This document shows, piece by piece, positions 1-9,190 of a DNA stretch of 64,000 nt (the first letter of the stretch is position 1; every line of letters begins with the position of its first letter). The stretch is from IMG/VR virus record IMGVR_UViG_2524023210_000007, positions 16,429-80,428 of that record; one strand, 5' to 3'. Below the pieces are notes generated by a model. The model worked only from the letters and a program-made list of their open reading frames with translations. It ran no database searches and had not been told where the DNA came from. This DNA comes from a virus. Lineage: Duplodnaviria > Heunggongvirae > Uroviricota > Caudoviricetes. A program made the translations under genes and the position numbers.

Positions 1-151
1 GCCTGGTGCCGGCGGTGAACAGGTTCACCCACTTCCGGGTCAGCATGGGCCGATAGCATTCGTTCTCGCCCCAGAACATGACGTCGCCGTGGACGCCGTC
101 CATCAGCGTGAGGCGGGCCTTGCCGCCGGGATTGTGCGCGTGCGCGTTCAT
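1..151 (-). CDS. hypothetical protein (N-terminal part; gene runs off left edge)
   Basis: ATG near 149-151 on minus strand, overlapping stop of exonuclease gene (ATGA coupling); open frame to window edge (MNAHAHNPGGKARLTLMDGVHGDV...). Confidence 0.3.
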   Translation of the reverse strand, partial: MNAHAHNPGGKARLTLMDGVHGDVMFWGENECYRPMLTRKWVNLFTAGTR

Positions 152-1098
152 GTCGCTGCCCCGGGCGGTTCGAACTGGGGCTCGCCGGTGCTGAGCAAGT
201 GTTGCTTCCGGTCGGCGCAGGCGCTGCGCAGCGTCTCGTATTCTTCGGAGCCGACGAGGATGCCGTGCGCTGCCCAATGGTCGGATTGCCCGTGCCACCA
301 GTTCTCGAGATCGCGCACCGACACAGCACCGGGGATGGCGGCGATGGATTGCTCGAGGTATTGCCGGCGGGCGCGCGCGGCTTCCTCAGCCTTGGCGTTG
401 GCGCGCCGCTCGATCTCGCGCCTGGCGTTCCAGCGCCAGTCCTCTCCCAGATTGTGGTCTTTGTTGCCGAGCCAGTCGAGATAGCCGGCGTCAGCGGCCG
501 ACAGCGGCTTGCCCTTGAACTGGCCGAAATCGAATTTGGTGAATACCGGCGGCTCGGCGCTCCACGCGATCAGCGTCTCGAGGGTCTGGTGCTTCAGGAG
601 TTCGAGGACGAGCAGGCCGCAAACATAGGCGTCCGGTTGCGCTCGATGGGGCGGCATGGCCAGCGCCGCGTCGGCCGGCGTCAGCTTCAGGGCATATCGA
701 AGCGCCTGCAGCGAGTGGCTTTCCATGTCCGGCCACTGCCGAAATGAGCATTTCCACGTGCAGATCCATCGCGCCTGGATCAATGGATCGAGGAAGGTCC
801 GCTCGAAATGAGCGGAATGGGCTGCGAAGATCAGTTCTTCGGCGTCGTCATCGCGCTCGACCAGCAGGCGCCAGACCGAATTCCAGGCGGGCGCTTCAGC
901 GACATCTTCGTCGACGATGTGGTGAATTGCCGATGAGCTCGGCGGGATCGGCGCCGCCGGCTTCACGAACGACCGGCGGCCGGTGGTGTAGAGGTGCCCG
1001 TCCCGGATGTCGTGGTAAGCGAGTTCGACCACCTCGGCGGTAGGCTCGAGGCTGGTGGTCTCGAGGTCGCAAATTCGAATGATCATGACGCGCTCCAT
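148..1098 (-). CDS. DnaQ-like DEDDh 3'-5' exonuclease with C-terminal KGKP (DUF3820-like) domain
   Basis: Exo I motif ICDLETTSL, Exo III-like HSAHFERTFL, C-terminal FGQFKGKPL motif; track ORF. Confidence 0.65.
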   Translation of the reverse strand: MERVMIIRICDLETTSLEPTAEVVELAYHDIRDGHLYTTGRRSFVKPAAPIPPSSSAIHHIVDEDVAEAPAWNSVWRLLVERDDDAEELIFAAHSAHFERTFLDPLIQARWICTWKCSFRQWPDMESHSLQALRYALKLTPADAALAMPPHRAQPDAYVCGLLVLELLKHQTLETLIAWSAEPPVFTKFDFGQFKGKPLSAADAGYLDWLGNKDHNLGEDWRWNARREIERRANAKAEEAARARRQYLEQSIAAIPGAVSVRDLENWWHGQSDHWAAHGILVGSEEYETLRSACADRKQHLLSTGEPQFEPPGAAT

Positions 1099-1835
1099 TG
1101 TCCACGTCCGACCCGCACGCCGGCGCCCATCTGGAGCACCTGTCGGATCTTTGCCTGGTAGTTCGGGTTAGCTGCGGCCTTCGGATGTGCCGCGAACGCT
1201 CGGTAGATCTCGGCGAGCGGCACAGGACCCCGCTGCGCGCGCATCCAAGCCACGATTGCCTCACGCCAGGTCGGCTCGATAGCCAGAACAACGACACTCC
1301 GCGGCAGTCGGAGAGGCACGAATGCCCCGTTCAGCCCGCAGAAGGCGAGCATCTCGGCGTCGCGCGGGCCGTAGGCGCAGAGCACCGACGGAGCGCCGGC
1401 GTTTGCGGCGCGGCCTGACTGCCGCTGCGCCGTCCCGCCGTCGACGGTGTGGAAGTCGAGCCGGCCGCGCAGGAAGAGCAGCGCGGATGCCTGTTCCCAG
1501 ACGTACCGGAAGAAGGCCTCGGTTTCGGTCCTGGCGAATATCAGCGCGATGCCACGACCGTGGCCGGACATCCGTGCCAACCACTTGCCAATGACGCTCC
1601 GATGATACGGCGGGTTGAGGAAGACTCGGCCGAACCACGGCAGAAGCAGCCCGTTGTCGCGGATGGTGTAATGGTGTGCGGCGGTCGGCCATGGCCGCAC
1701 AATCGGCGCGCACGGATCCAAATCAAACGGGCCCAGGGCTTTCAGCACCGCGGGCGGCGTCAACCACTCGTCGGTGCGAGTCCGCCGCGGCGTCTGGTGG
1801 GCGCCGATACCGGCAAAGAGCGGAGCGGTCGTCAT
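1083..1835 (-). CDS. phage DNA N6-adenine methyltransferase (Dam-like, pfam05869-type)
   Basis: LTPP...DLDPCA and FLNPPY motifs; ATGA overlap with upstream gene. Confidence 0.75.
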   Translation of the reverse strand: MTTAPLFAGIGAHQTPRRTRTDEWLTPPAVLKALGPFDLDPCAPIVRPWPTAAHHYTIRDNGLLLPWFGRVFLNPPYHRSVIGKWLARMSGHGRGIALIFARTETEAFFRYVWEQASALLFLRGRLDFHTVDGGTAQRQSGRAANAGAPSVLCAYGPRDAEMLAFCGLNGAFVPLRLPRSVVVLAIEPTWREAIVAWMRAQRGPVPLAEIYRAFAAHPKAAANPNYQAKIRQVLQMGAGVRVGRGQWSAS

Positions 1836-2023
1836 GCTGCGTTCCCAGCGTGTATTGCGCGTTGGAGAGCGCGGTTGACGATCTTGATGCGCTCAAGCTG
1901 GTACTTCGCGCTCCAACTCGCCTGAGCCTCGGCGATCTTCTTTGCTTCGGCATCACACTCCCGCATGAATGCGGCTTCGGCTGGCGTGAGGTGCTTCCGC
2001 CAATTCCACTTCTGCCTCTTCAC
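1832..2023 (-). CDS. small hypothetical protein (~63 aa)
   Basis: K/E-rich non-GC-skewed composition; GTG start overlapping kinase stop (GTGA), stop overlaps Dam start (ATGA). Confidence 0.4.
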   Translation of the reverse strand: MKRQKWNWRKHLTPAEAAFMRECDAEAKKIAEAQASWSAKYQLERIKIVNRALQRAIHAGNAA

Positions 2024-3753
2024 GGCGCCATCATCATCTGCCAAACGGCGCCGTCGATCAGGTAGACGATCCGCTCGCCCCAGGTCGCCAACTTCATCGC
2101 TGTGCTGACGCCGGTGTCGCGCACCTTGTTCACGACACCGGTGGTCGGCACAAAGATCGTGATCTCGAAATCATCGGTGATCGTGGCGACGACGCCGCGG
2201 GGCAGGATCGCCATATTGAGCTCGGGGCCGTCAGCCGGGCCGACCCATGCCTGGTAGCGGGTGAACGTCTTGTCGAAGGTGAGTTCGACCCTGCCGTAGA
2301 CACCCTGCTTATCGAGGACGGTGAAGGCCGCGAACTGGCTGCAGGCCTTGCCAGTGACAACGGTGCGGCCATCGAGTTCCGGCACCCGAATTTGTGAGAT
2401 GCCGCCGGCATGCGGCAGCACCACGAAGGCGTTGCCGAACACGTCGGTGACGGCGACGTCATCCAACCAGGTTGTGGCTCCGACCAGAATGTTCCAGCGC
2501 CGGTCCATGATCATCCGCGGTCGGCTGCCGGTATCGTTGAGCTCGAGCTCGATCAGTTCTCGGTCGGTTACTCCGAATAGGGTCTCGCCGGCCCGGAAGA
2601 CGCGCCGGAGCGGCACTGGCTGCGCGATAAACCTGCGACCGCCGGTGCCTCCAAATGGGATATGTGCGAAGTCGGTCGTGGTCGGGAGCGATATCACCCA
2701 GCCTTCCGGGACCTTGATGACCTCGGCATCGGCCGGCACCTGGTGCGCGATCGTGCCTCCGGTCGCCAGGTCGACGACTTCGCCGGACGTCAGCCGGGCG
2801 GCGCCATTCGCCCAGACTCGGGTGACGGGATCGCCGGCGCGTGCGAACAGATTCTCAAACACCAGAGCGCCGCCGGCTGCCGTCGTCACGGCGCGCATGA
2901 TCTGCGCGGCCTTCGCCGGCTTACCCATCGTGGTTGGCGCCGGCGGCGAGCCGCGCTTTCCATGTTGGAACGTCGCCTGGAACCAATCCAGCAGCGGGCC
3001 CGGAATGCAGGAGAAGCCACGGACCGACAGCGGCAGTTTCGCGCGCCGGTCGAAAACTGAGGCATTGTCCTTCATCCGCCGGACGAGATCGCCGGGTTTG
3101 TAGCCTTCAATCCTGCCCTTGTAGGGGTGGATGCCGGTGAAGACCTGGAAAGCGACGACCGCCCAGGCAAACCAATCAGTTTCGGTCGAGAAGGTTTTGG
3201 CGCTCCAGTCCCTGATGGACGGCATGATGACCGTCGCCGGCCAGCGGCCGATCGCCCAGGAGTCGACATCGATCACAGAGGCGGCCGCGGCATCCCCCTT
3301 CGTGAAGTGGACCAGCCAATTCAGTTCGTTGGCGTCGACCAGCAGGGCCTGCTTCGTGTGCGCATAGGCTACGATATCGAACATGCACTGGGTAAGCGCG
3401 ACGGCATCCCATTCACCGAACCCGGTCCGCGTCCGGTAATCCGAGACGAACACCCGCGACATCGGCTCGCCGTCGACGAACGGCATGTAGAAGCCGATCG
3501 GCTTCCCGGAGTCATCCAGCACCAGGCCGTGCGGAGCCACGATGCCGGGATGCTGCAGCCTGGCCAGCATCTTCACCTTCTCCGGCATGCCGTCGCGCGC
3601 CATCTTGTCGGCGTCGGTGTACAGTTTCACCACGGTCTGGCCGGTCCTGTAGATCGAACCTTCTCCGCCCGAGGTGACGTAGTCGCCGTCGCGTAGCGTT
3701 ACCGCACCGCGGCCCTCCAGAACGATCTTCACCGACCCTTTCCTCGAGGTCAT
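2020..3753 (-). CDS. Hanks-type Ser/Thr protein kinase with C-terminal beta-rich domain (TerY-P-type STK)
   Basis: Gly-loop GGEGSIY, VVKLY lysine, LVDANELNW catalytic-loop-like, DVDSW (DFG-like), TDWFAWAVV (APE-like); ATGA coupling upstream. Confidence 0.65.
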   Translation of the reverse strand: MTSRKGSVKIVLEGRGAVTLRDGDYVTSGGEGSIYRTGQTVVKLYTDADKMARDGMPEKVKMLARLQHPGIVAPHGLVLDDSGKPIGFYMPFVDGEPMSRVFVSDYRTRTGFGEWDAVALTQCMFDIVAYAHTKQALLVDANELNWLVHFTKGDAAAASVIDVDSWAIGRWPATVIMPSIRDWSAKTFSTETDWFAWAVVAFQVFTGIHPYKGRIEGYKPGDLVRRMKDNASVFDRRAKLPLSVRGFSCIPGPLLDWFQATFQHGKRGSPPAPTTMGKPAKAAQIMRAVTTAAGGALVFENLFARAGDPVTRVWANGAARLTSGEVVDLATGGTIAHQVPADAEVIKVPEGWVISLPTTTDFAHIPFGGTGGRRFIAQPVPLRRVFRAGETLFGVTDRELIELELNDTGSRPRMIMDRRWNILVGATTWLDDVAVTDVFGNAFVVLPHAGGISQIRVPELDGRTVVTGKACSQFAAFTVLDKQGVYGRVELTFDKTFTRYQAWVGPADGPELNMAILPRGVVATITDDFEITIFVPTTGVVNKVRDTGVSTAMKLATWGERIVYLIDGAVWQMMMAP

Positions 3754-3977
3754 GGCTCGACGACCTCGCGAAGATCCGCGGCGGGGATCGTGAAGCTTGG
3801 CCGACCACCGTTGGGATCAAGGGTGACCGAAACGTGCTCAACTCCGGTCAAACGACTGTCGTCAGAAGCCAAGTCGTAGTCATGCTGTAGGAAATCAAAG
3901 ACGATCGTACCGGCGGCGGCGAAGAGCTTGGCGCCAATAACGCGATCCTTCAGCACATGGAATCTCTTCGGTGCCAT
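3750..3977 (-). CDS. hypothetical protein (75 aa)
   Basis: internal ATG with GGAGGA RBS 9 nt upstream; TGATG overlap with upstream gene and ATGA with kinase. Confidence 0.5.
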   Translation of the reverse strand: MAPKRFHVLKDRVIGAKLFAAAGTIVFDFLQHDYDLASDDSRLTGVEHVSVTLDPNGGRPSFTIPAADLREVVEP

Positions 3978-4360
3978 CAGTAGTATTCCTCCGGCTCGTA
4001 GGGTTCGTAGACGTGGTGCTCGATGAGCCATTCCTCCATGCGCTCGCGCTCGGCTTCCGATAGGGCGGCCGGGAGTTCTCTAAGCCAGATCTCCAATCGC
4101 AGGATCTGAAGCGCCAGCCAGACAAATGGCTTCTTCCAGCCCGGGTGCCGGCTCCAGTGCAGATCGTTCCGGATCCCGCAAATGCGATCGAACTCCGACG
4201 AGTTCGGCCATGACGCTATGATGTAGACGTCGCACGGATCGCCGCCGTCGGCGCCAAACTTCGGCGAATAGGTGGTCTCACTTCCGGGCCGATAGCTGTA
4301 TTCGACCGTCACCTGGAAGCCGTTGTCCTTGCAGAAATTCTGGAAATAGGTCTGCGCCAT
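3977..4360 (-). CDS. hypothetical protein (127 aa)
   Basis: internal ATG (MAQTYFQNF...) with GAGG RBS; stop-start overlap with PP2C gene; natural amino-acid composition. Confidence 0.5.
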   Translation of the reverse strand: MAQTYFQNFCKDNGFQVTVEYSYRPGSETTYSPKFGADGGDPCDVYIIASWPNSSEFDRICGIRNDLHWSRHPGWKKPFVWLALQILRLEIWLRELPAALSEAERERMEEWLIEHHVYEPYEPEEYY

Positions 4361-5184
4361 CACACCGCCTCGTGGTCGATGTGGATGCAGGCCATCGCGA
4401 TGTCGTCGATCGGACCTCTGCCGTGCTGCTGGCAATCCTTGAGGAAGCGGAGCATCCGCCGTTTCACGAAAGTGCCCTCGGTTGACTTGAAAGACATGAG
4501 CTCGGCGACGACGTCGCGCCAGTCCATGCCGTCGACCTGGGTGACGCCGTCGGAGAACACGGCGAGGAATCTGAACATCCGCAAATCGTGGTCGATGCTG
4601 GTTCCGACGAGTCCGTCCTCGACCGTGTGGCGGGCAATAAGTTCGCGGGGATCTTCGTCAGGAGCAAAGATGTGCTGCGAGAAGGCCCTCGTCTCCATCC
4701 CGCCATGTGCCGTGACAAACCCGCGATACTCGTCGGTCCGCCAATAGGCACGGTAGACCGGCATATTGTTGGCCCACTCGATCCGGTTCATCACGAGTTG
4801 GCCATCTCGATCGATGCCGGCTGCGACGCCATCGCCTACAATCCGAGACGTCGCTCTGTTGCCCCAAATGGCAACGTAGGCGCATGTCGCCAGCAGATCA
4901 TCGGGTCGAAGACACAGTGCCGCTCGCGCGCGTTCATCGCGACGATGGCTATAATGATCGACAATGCGCTCATTCAACTCTGGCGCCTCTATCAGAGATG
5001 TCAGTGTGGAATGCGCGACGATTCTGGCTCCGACGTCAGTACGGCCGCCGCTCGAACAGCCGTCTGACACGACCGCGGCTCCGAAGATGCCGTTGGCTTG
5101 CGACAATGCGTAGTCCTGGCACGGCAGGCCGCCGCGGAGATGCTGCGATCCGATGTGAAAGGCGTGGTCGGCTGTGAAGCGCAT
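4360..5184 (-). CDS. PP2C-family Ser/Thr protein phosphatase
   Basis: PP2C motifs CQDY, VVSDGCSSGG, GDGVAAGIDRDG, FSDGVTQVDG, IDDIAM. Confidence 0.7.
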   Translation of the reverse strand: MRFTADHAFHIGSQHLRGGLPCQDYALSQANGIFGAAVVSDGCSSGGRTDVGARIVAHSTLTSLIEAPELNERIVDHYSHRRDERARAALCLRPDDLLATCAYVAIWGNRATSRIVGDGVAAGIDRDGQLVMNRIEWANNMPVYRAYWRTDEYRGFVTAHGGMETRAFSQHIFAPDEDPRELIARHTVEDGLVGTSIDHDLRMFRFLAVFSDGVTQVDGMDWRDVVAELMSFKSTEGTFVKRRMLRFLKDCQQHGRGPIDDIAMACIHIDHEAV

Positions 5185-5208
5185 GGGGTTCTCCGCGGCG
5201 GCCGCTGG

Positions 5209-5958
5209 TCAGATCGTGGCCGCGATGGCTTGGCTCGGGCCACCTGTTCCCAAAGCTTGTGACGTGCTCGAGATCGACTGCGAGACGAACTGCGCCAGCT
5301 TCGCCAGCTTGCCCTTGGTCGCGTCGCCGGCGTCGATGTATTGGGTGATGCCGGCCTCCCGCTGGAAGTCACGGAGCGCGCCGCTGCAGCTTCTGGCGTT
5401 GATCCCGATTAGGATGCTGACGTGGCTCTCCAGCAGTTCCTCACGTTGTGCCAACTCGATCTCGGCCCTGATCTGAGCCGGCCGAATTGTTGAGTCCGTG
5501 TCTTCCCCATCGGTGATGAAGAAGCTGATGGCGTTGGCATTGAACTCCTGGTCGTAGAGCATCTTGGCGTAGGCATTCGACGCGCCGACACCGCTGTAAC
5601 AGGCATCGAACAGCGGCGTGCCGCCGCCGGCACGTAGCGTGTCGTAGGCGGCAGGATCTATGCTGGAGAGCGGGATGAACCCGTGCACCTCATTGAGGCC
5701 TTTATGGTAGGCCGTGCTGAAGGCGGCGACGCGAACCAGCAGGTTCTCGGATCGCGGCGACTTCCGGCAGGCCTCAACGGCCGCCTTCACGGCCTCGATA
5801 AGGTCGGCCCGGAACGGAATGACCGATCCGCTCATGTCGACCTCGATGTCGACGAGAGTGTATTCGGTGGCGCCGAGATCCGTGATGCGTGCGCCGGTAA
5901 ACGAGAAGTTGCCGCCCAAGGTGTGGGTTTCGACATCGGTTCCATCGAGACGGGGCAT
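5209..5958 (-). CDS. von Willebrand factor A (vWA) domain protein, TerY-like
   Basis: MIDAS DxSxS (DIEVDMSGSV) and FFITDGEDTDS; AAGGAG RBS 5 nt before internal ATG; upstream SR-rich extension of the track ORF judged non-coding. Confidence 0.7.
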   Translation of the reverse strand: MPRLDGTDVETHTLGGNFSFTGARITDLGATEYTLVDIEVDMSGSVIPFRADLIEAVKAAVEACRKSPRSENLLVRVAAFSTAYHKGLNEVHGFIPLSSIDPAAYDTLRAGGGTPLFDACYSGVGASNAYAKMLYDQEFNANAISFFITDGEDTDSTIRPAQIRAEIELAQREELLESHVSILIGINARSCSGALRDFQREAGITQYIDAGDATKGKLAKLAQFVSQSISSTSQALGTGGPSQAIAATI

Positions 5959-5995
5959 GAAGTCTCCTTTATGAATTCGGGGTGAGGGGAAGCGA

Positions 5996-6874
5996 TCAGG
6001 ACAGGAAGGCGTCAGAGGTGGTGAGCACCAGGCCGCGGGCTTCCATGTCCTTGAGGAACTGCTGCGCGATCGCCGGGAAGTCGGGGCCGCCGGGCGCCTG
6101 CGGGACCGGTGACATGCAGTCTGCCAGGATGTGGATCTTCCGGAGATGCTCATCGCCGATGTTGTCGACGATCTGCCGGATGGTGGTCGCGACGCAGTGG
6201 GACGAGGCCTCGCCGGCGATGCCGATGACATCGGCCTCCTGGAGCACGCTGAGGAAACTGCCGTTCAATTGCGTGGACGGGTCGGCCGGATCCGGCACCT
6301 CCGCCATCAAGGCCCCGTAGTGCTCCGTGAAGGTGTTGGTCCCCTTGGTGACGAAATCGACGGTTGCGAAGTTCTCGCGCTCCCAGTCGGCGAGGGTGGT
6401 CCGGAGCTCATCGACAACGTTGTGTCCCCAGCTTCCGATCAGGCAGTGCTCCGGCCAGATCATCAGCATGAACTTGCCGGCGGCCTCGAGCGAGGCGGTG
6501 TAGTCGAGCATCCGCTGGCGGTATGCCTGGTTTCTCGGAGACCACATGCCCGACTTGATGTCGGCATTGCTGATAATGGTGAAGGGCGTCGGATGCTTCC
6601 CGTTCTCGCCGCGCCAGAAGCCTGGATGAGCGACGTCGACGACGCGATGCGAATCCAGGGTAACGTGGATATCGTTGAGGCGCCTGCCGACCCGTTTGAT
6701 CAGGGCTGCGACGCGCGCCATGTCGCCGAGCGCGCCCGGGACGGGGAGCGTCGAGCGAAACTTGGCGCCGCCAGGCAGCGCGAAGCCGACGGGATCGCCG
6801 GGGTTGGCGAGGATATCCATGAAATCATTCTGTGGATCGATGATGACGAGATCGGCTTTGATGGTCTTGCGCAT
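5996..6874 (-). CDS. isochorismatase-family cysteine hydrolase (nicotinamidase-like)
   Basis: ADLVIIDPQNDF motif and catalytic-Cys region GEASSHCVATT. Confidence 0.7.
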   Translation of the reverse strand: MRKTIKADLVIIDPQNDFMDILANPGDPVGFALPGGAKFRSTLPVPGALGDMARVAALIKRVGRRLNDIHVTLDSHRVVDVAHPGFWRGENGKHPTPFTIISNADIKSGMWSPRNQAYRQRMLDYTASLEAAGKFMLMIWPEHCLIGSWGHNVVDELRTTLADWERENFATVDFVTKGTNTFTEHYGALMAEVPDPADPSTQLNGSFLSVLQEADVIGIAGEASSHCVATTIRQIVDNIGDEHLRKIHILADCMSPVPQAPGGPDFPAIAQQFLKDMEARGLVLTTSDAFLS

Positions 6875-6898
6875 GCGGTGAACCTCCTTTGATGTTGA

Positions 6899-7459
6899 CT
6901 AGCCGTAGAAAAACCGGACTCGCTTGCCGCAATGGCACGTCGCTCTGATGCCGCGGATCAGCGGCCCAAACGAGTCCTGTTCGATCATGTAGAATGAGAT
7001 GCGGGTGTAGCCGCGCTTTTCCAGCGCTGGCCCGAGAATGTCGCGCTCGCCCTCGTAGTATTCGTCGAAGCTGAACTTGTCGGCGTCTGCGCCGAGGAAC
7101 GACATCAACTCGAGCGCTTCCGCTTCTTCCTGATCTCGCTCGGCCAGACGTTTCTTCCGTTCGGCATGCCTCTCCGCTTCGCCAGGCGGGACCTTGACCG
7201 CGGACTTGCTGAGTTCAATTTCGGCGCTGATGTCATGGCCGTGGCTTGCAAGATATTCGGAGTCGGGCTTGGCGCCGTACGCCGGGTTCGTGTTTGCCGG
7301 ATCGGCGCCGTCGTATTGGAGCACGACCTTGCCGGTGAGGCGATCGGTCCAGACGATGTCGTATGTCCGTTCGTCGGGCTCGAAAGTCGACCGGACATAG
7401 CGCGGGATCATCTGCGAAGGTGCGGCTTCAGACATGAATGCCATCCCGCTGCAATGCAT
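6899..7459 (-). CDS. hypothetical protein
   Basis: track ORF; ATG (M3) with GGAG 7 nt upstream; C-terminal CHCGKRVRFFYG. Confidence 0.45.
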   Translation of the reverse strand: MHCSGMAFMSEAAPSQMIPRYVRSTFEPDERTYDIVWTDRLTGKVVLQYDGADPANTNPAYGAKPDSEYLASHGHDISAEIELSKSAVKVPPGEAERHAERKKRLAERDQEEAEALELMSFLGADADKFSFDEYYEGERDILGPALEKRGYTRISFYMIEQDSFGPLIRGIRATCHCGKRVRFFYG

Positions 7460-7853
7460 CTGCAATCTCCGGTGCGATCGCCCCGCCGGTCATGACGAGG
7501 TAGGCCGACAGAAGAGCTGCGGCCAGTGTCTCGCCCTCGAACCTGCGGTCGACCCAACCGGTGTAGTCACCGCAGGCCTCGATCGCGTTGTTGGGGCCGA
7601 GATTGAAATCTGGGTTATCGCAAACGAGGGTAACGCTGTGACCTTCCTCGGCGCGCAGGGCCTCGATCAGGATCCATGCCGCCGGCGCCGGCTGCAACCG
7701 CGGAACGGACCATGCCTGAATGCTTGCCTCGCAGTGGCAATCCCTGCACTGGACCTTCTTGATCTCCTTCAGTCCGTCGTCGAGCGAAACCCAGTGGCTG
7801 AACCTATTCAGGTTGGTCGAGCGGCAGAGCGGGCAAGGCAACAGATCAGCCAT
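7428..7853 (-). CDS. zinc-ribbon protein (Lar/restriction-alleviation-like N-terminus)
   Basis: N-terminal CPLC...C..C zinc ribbon; track ORF. Confidence 0.4.
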   Translation of the reverse strand: MADLLPCPLCRSTNLNRFSHWVSLDDGLKEIKKVQCRDCHCEASIQAWSVPRLQPAPAAWILIEALRAEEGHSVTLVCDNPDFNLGPNNAIEACGDYTGWVDRRFEGETLAAALLSAYLVMTGGAIAPEIADALQRDGIHV

Positions 7854-8457
7854 TGGCCGGCCTCTTGATGTCGGCGATCACCTGGGCCGCGGCCTTCTCA
7901 ACGGCGAAAGCAAGCCGGTCCGCGTCGCTACCGTTCATGAAGGCACGGAGCTTGCGCTCCGCAGCACGAGCGCGCTCCTCCAGCTTGTTGTTGAATTGGA
8001 GGAGTTCGGTGACACGCGCTTCATGCACCACCTTCGGCACGGTCTCAGGATTGTACTTTCGGGCCCGTTCGGCGGTTTCTTCAGTCGTCATGACGAGTGC
8101 GTCGATCAAGTGTCGCTTCGGCTTCAGCCGCCCGCCGAGCGCTCGTATCCACGAATTTTGAATGGATGCGATCTCGATCAAAAGCTGGTCAGGCGCCTCC
8201 GGCTTTGGCTCAGCCGGCTTCGGACACATGCCGAGTTCAGCAAGCCGGCAATCAATCTCGTAGATCGTCAGACCGACCGCATGTCTCACCGCGGAACGGA
8301 TGAACTCGGTATTGATCGTGCCCAGAACATGGGTCTGGTGGCCTTCGTCCCAGACGGTGAAGTCGATCGTCCCAGTCGTGATGACGTCGGCCAGGCGCTG
8401 CGCGGCTTGGCGCCTATTGCGCAGATGGAGAGCTTCGTCGAGGAAATCGAGTTTCAT
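7846..8457 (-). CDS. hypothetical phage protein
   Basis: internal ATG (MKLDFLDEALHL) with GGAGG RBS; competing plus-strand ORF 7720..8637 is R-rich. Confidence 0.5.
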   Translation of the reverse strand: MKLDFLDEALHLRNRRQAAQRLADVITTGTIDFTVWDEGHQTHVLGTINTEFIRSAVRHAVGLTIYEIDCRLAELGMCPKPAEPKPEAPDQLLIEIASIQNSWIRALGGRLKPKRHLIDALVMTTEETAERARKYNPETVPKVVHEARVTELLQFNNKLEERARAAERKLRAFMNGSDADRLAFAVEKAAAQVIADIKRPANG

Positions 8458-9161
8458 GCCGCGCGCGCCTCCAGTGCGTCGATGTTCGCCTTGATGACTC
8501 GGAAGCTGATCGCGACGACGTCTGGATTGTCGTCCCAGGACTGCTTGCCGTGCAGGGTGCACCAAAGATTGGCGAACGCTGCTCTGGCGCTTGGAAAGCA
8601 GAAGTTGGATCCGAGTGCCGCCTGGTCTGGATTGTGATGCCAACCCTCGGCAAGTTGACCGTCAGCGCGGAAGCCGTGATCGACGTAGACCATACCCTCT
8701 GCGATCGCGTCCGTTTCGCTGATCTCTTGGACTGGTTCGATCTTTGTCGATGTCACAAGCAGCGTGATGCGCGACGCCCAGCGCGGCAGATGCATGCTAG
8801 CGCGTCGTCGGCCTAGCCATGAAGGACGTTCGCCCGCCGGTGGATAAGATCGATCTGGCGCCCAGGTGCCGGTTTTCTGATTTGCGATCGATCCGCCGGC
8901 ATCGAAAACCACCGACATCTTGCGAGGCACGAGTTTGGAAGGCGGCACCGCATCCCATCTATTACTGACGCGCCAGTCCTCACGGACCCAGAGCCGATCG
9001 CCAGGCTTCACCTTGGTCCAGAAGGACGGCCGGTCGACGACGAAACCACCTTCGACAGCCCGCGCGCCGGCAGGAATCTTGGCATCCGGCCGGTAGAACC
9101 GTTCGGTCACGGCCGAGCGCCTCGTCATGGTCTTAAGATCGTCCAGCTCCGCATTGACCAT
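8454..9161 (-). CDS. conserved phage protein (PGDRLWVREDW / MHLPRWASR motifs; ASCH/PUA-like?)
   Basis: track ORF; start set at internal ATG (MVNAELDD). Confidence 0.4.
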   Translation of the reverse strand: MVNAELDDLKTMTRRSAVTERFYRPDAKIPAGARAVEGGFVVDRPSFWTKVKPGDRLWVREDWRVSNRWDAVPPSKLVPRKMSVVFDAGGSIANQKTGTWAPDRSYPPAGERPSWLGRRRASMHLPRWASRITLLVTSTKIEPVQEISETDAIAEGMVYVDHGFRADGQLAEGWHHNPDQAALGSNFCFPSARAAFANLWCTLHGKQSWDDNPDVVAISFRVIKANIDALEARAA

Positions 9162-9190
9162 TGGCGCTGAGAATAGAGCAGGAATGTCGG

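Noticed and set aside
199-1043. Plus-strand ORFs 199..747 and 744..1043, and many similar ones (e.g. 1322..1594, 36598..36951, 49139..50083, 22565..23002)
   Set aside because: Their R/A/P/G/S-rich composition is typical of antisense or out-of-frame reading in 65% GC DNA. Each overlaps a minus-strand gene that has domain homology.
5959-6231. N-terminal 91-codon extension of the vWA ORF
   Set aside because: It is a Ser/Arg/Pro-rich low-complexity translation. A perfect AAGGAG RBS sits 5 nt before the internal ATG at 5958.
7720-8637. Plus-strand 305-aa ORF
   Set aside because: It is antisense to a minus-strand ORF that has a GGAGG RBS and natural composition and continues the leftward coupled operon.
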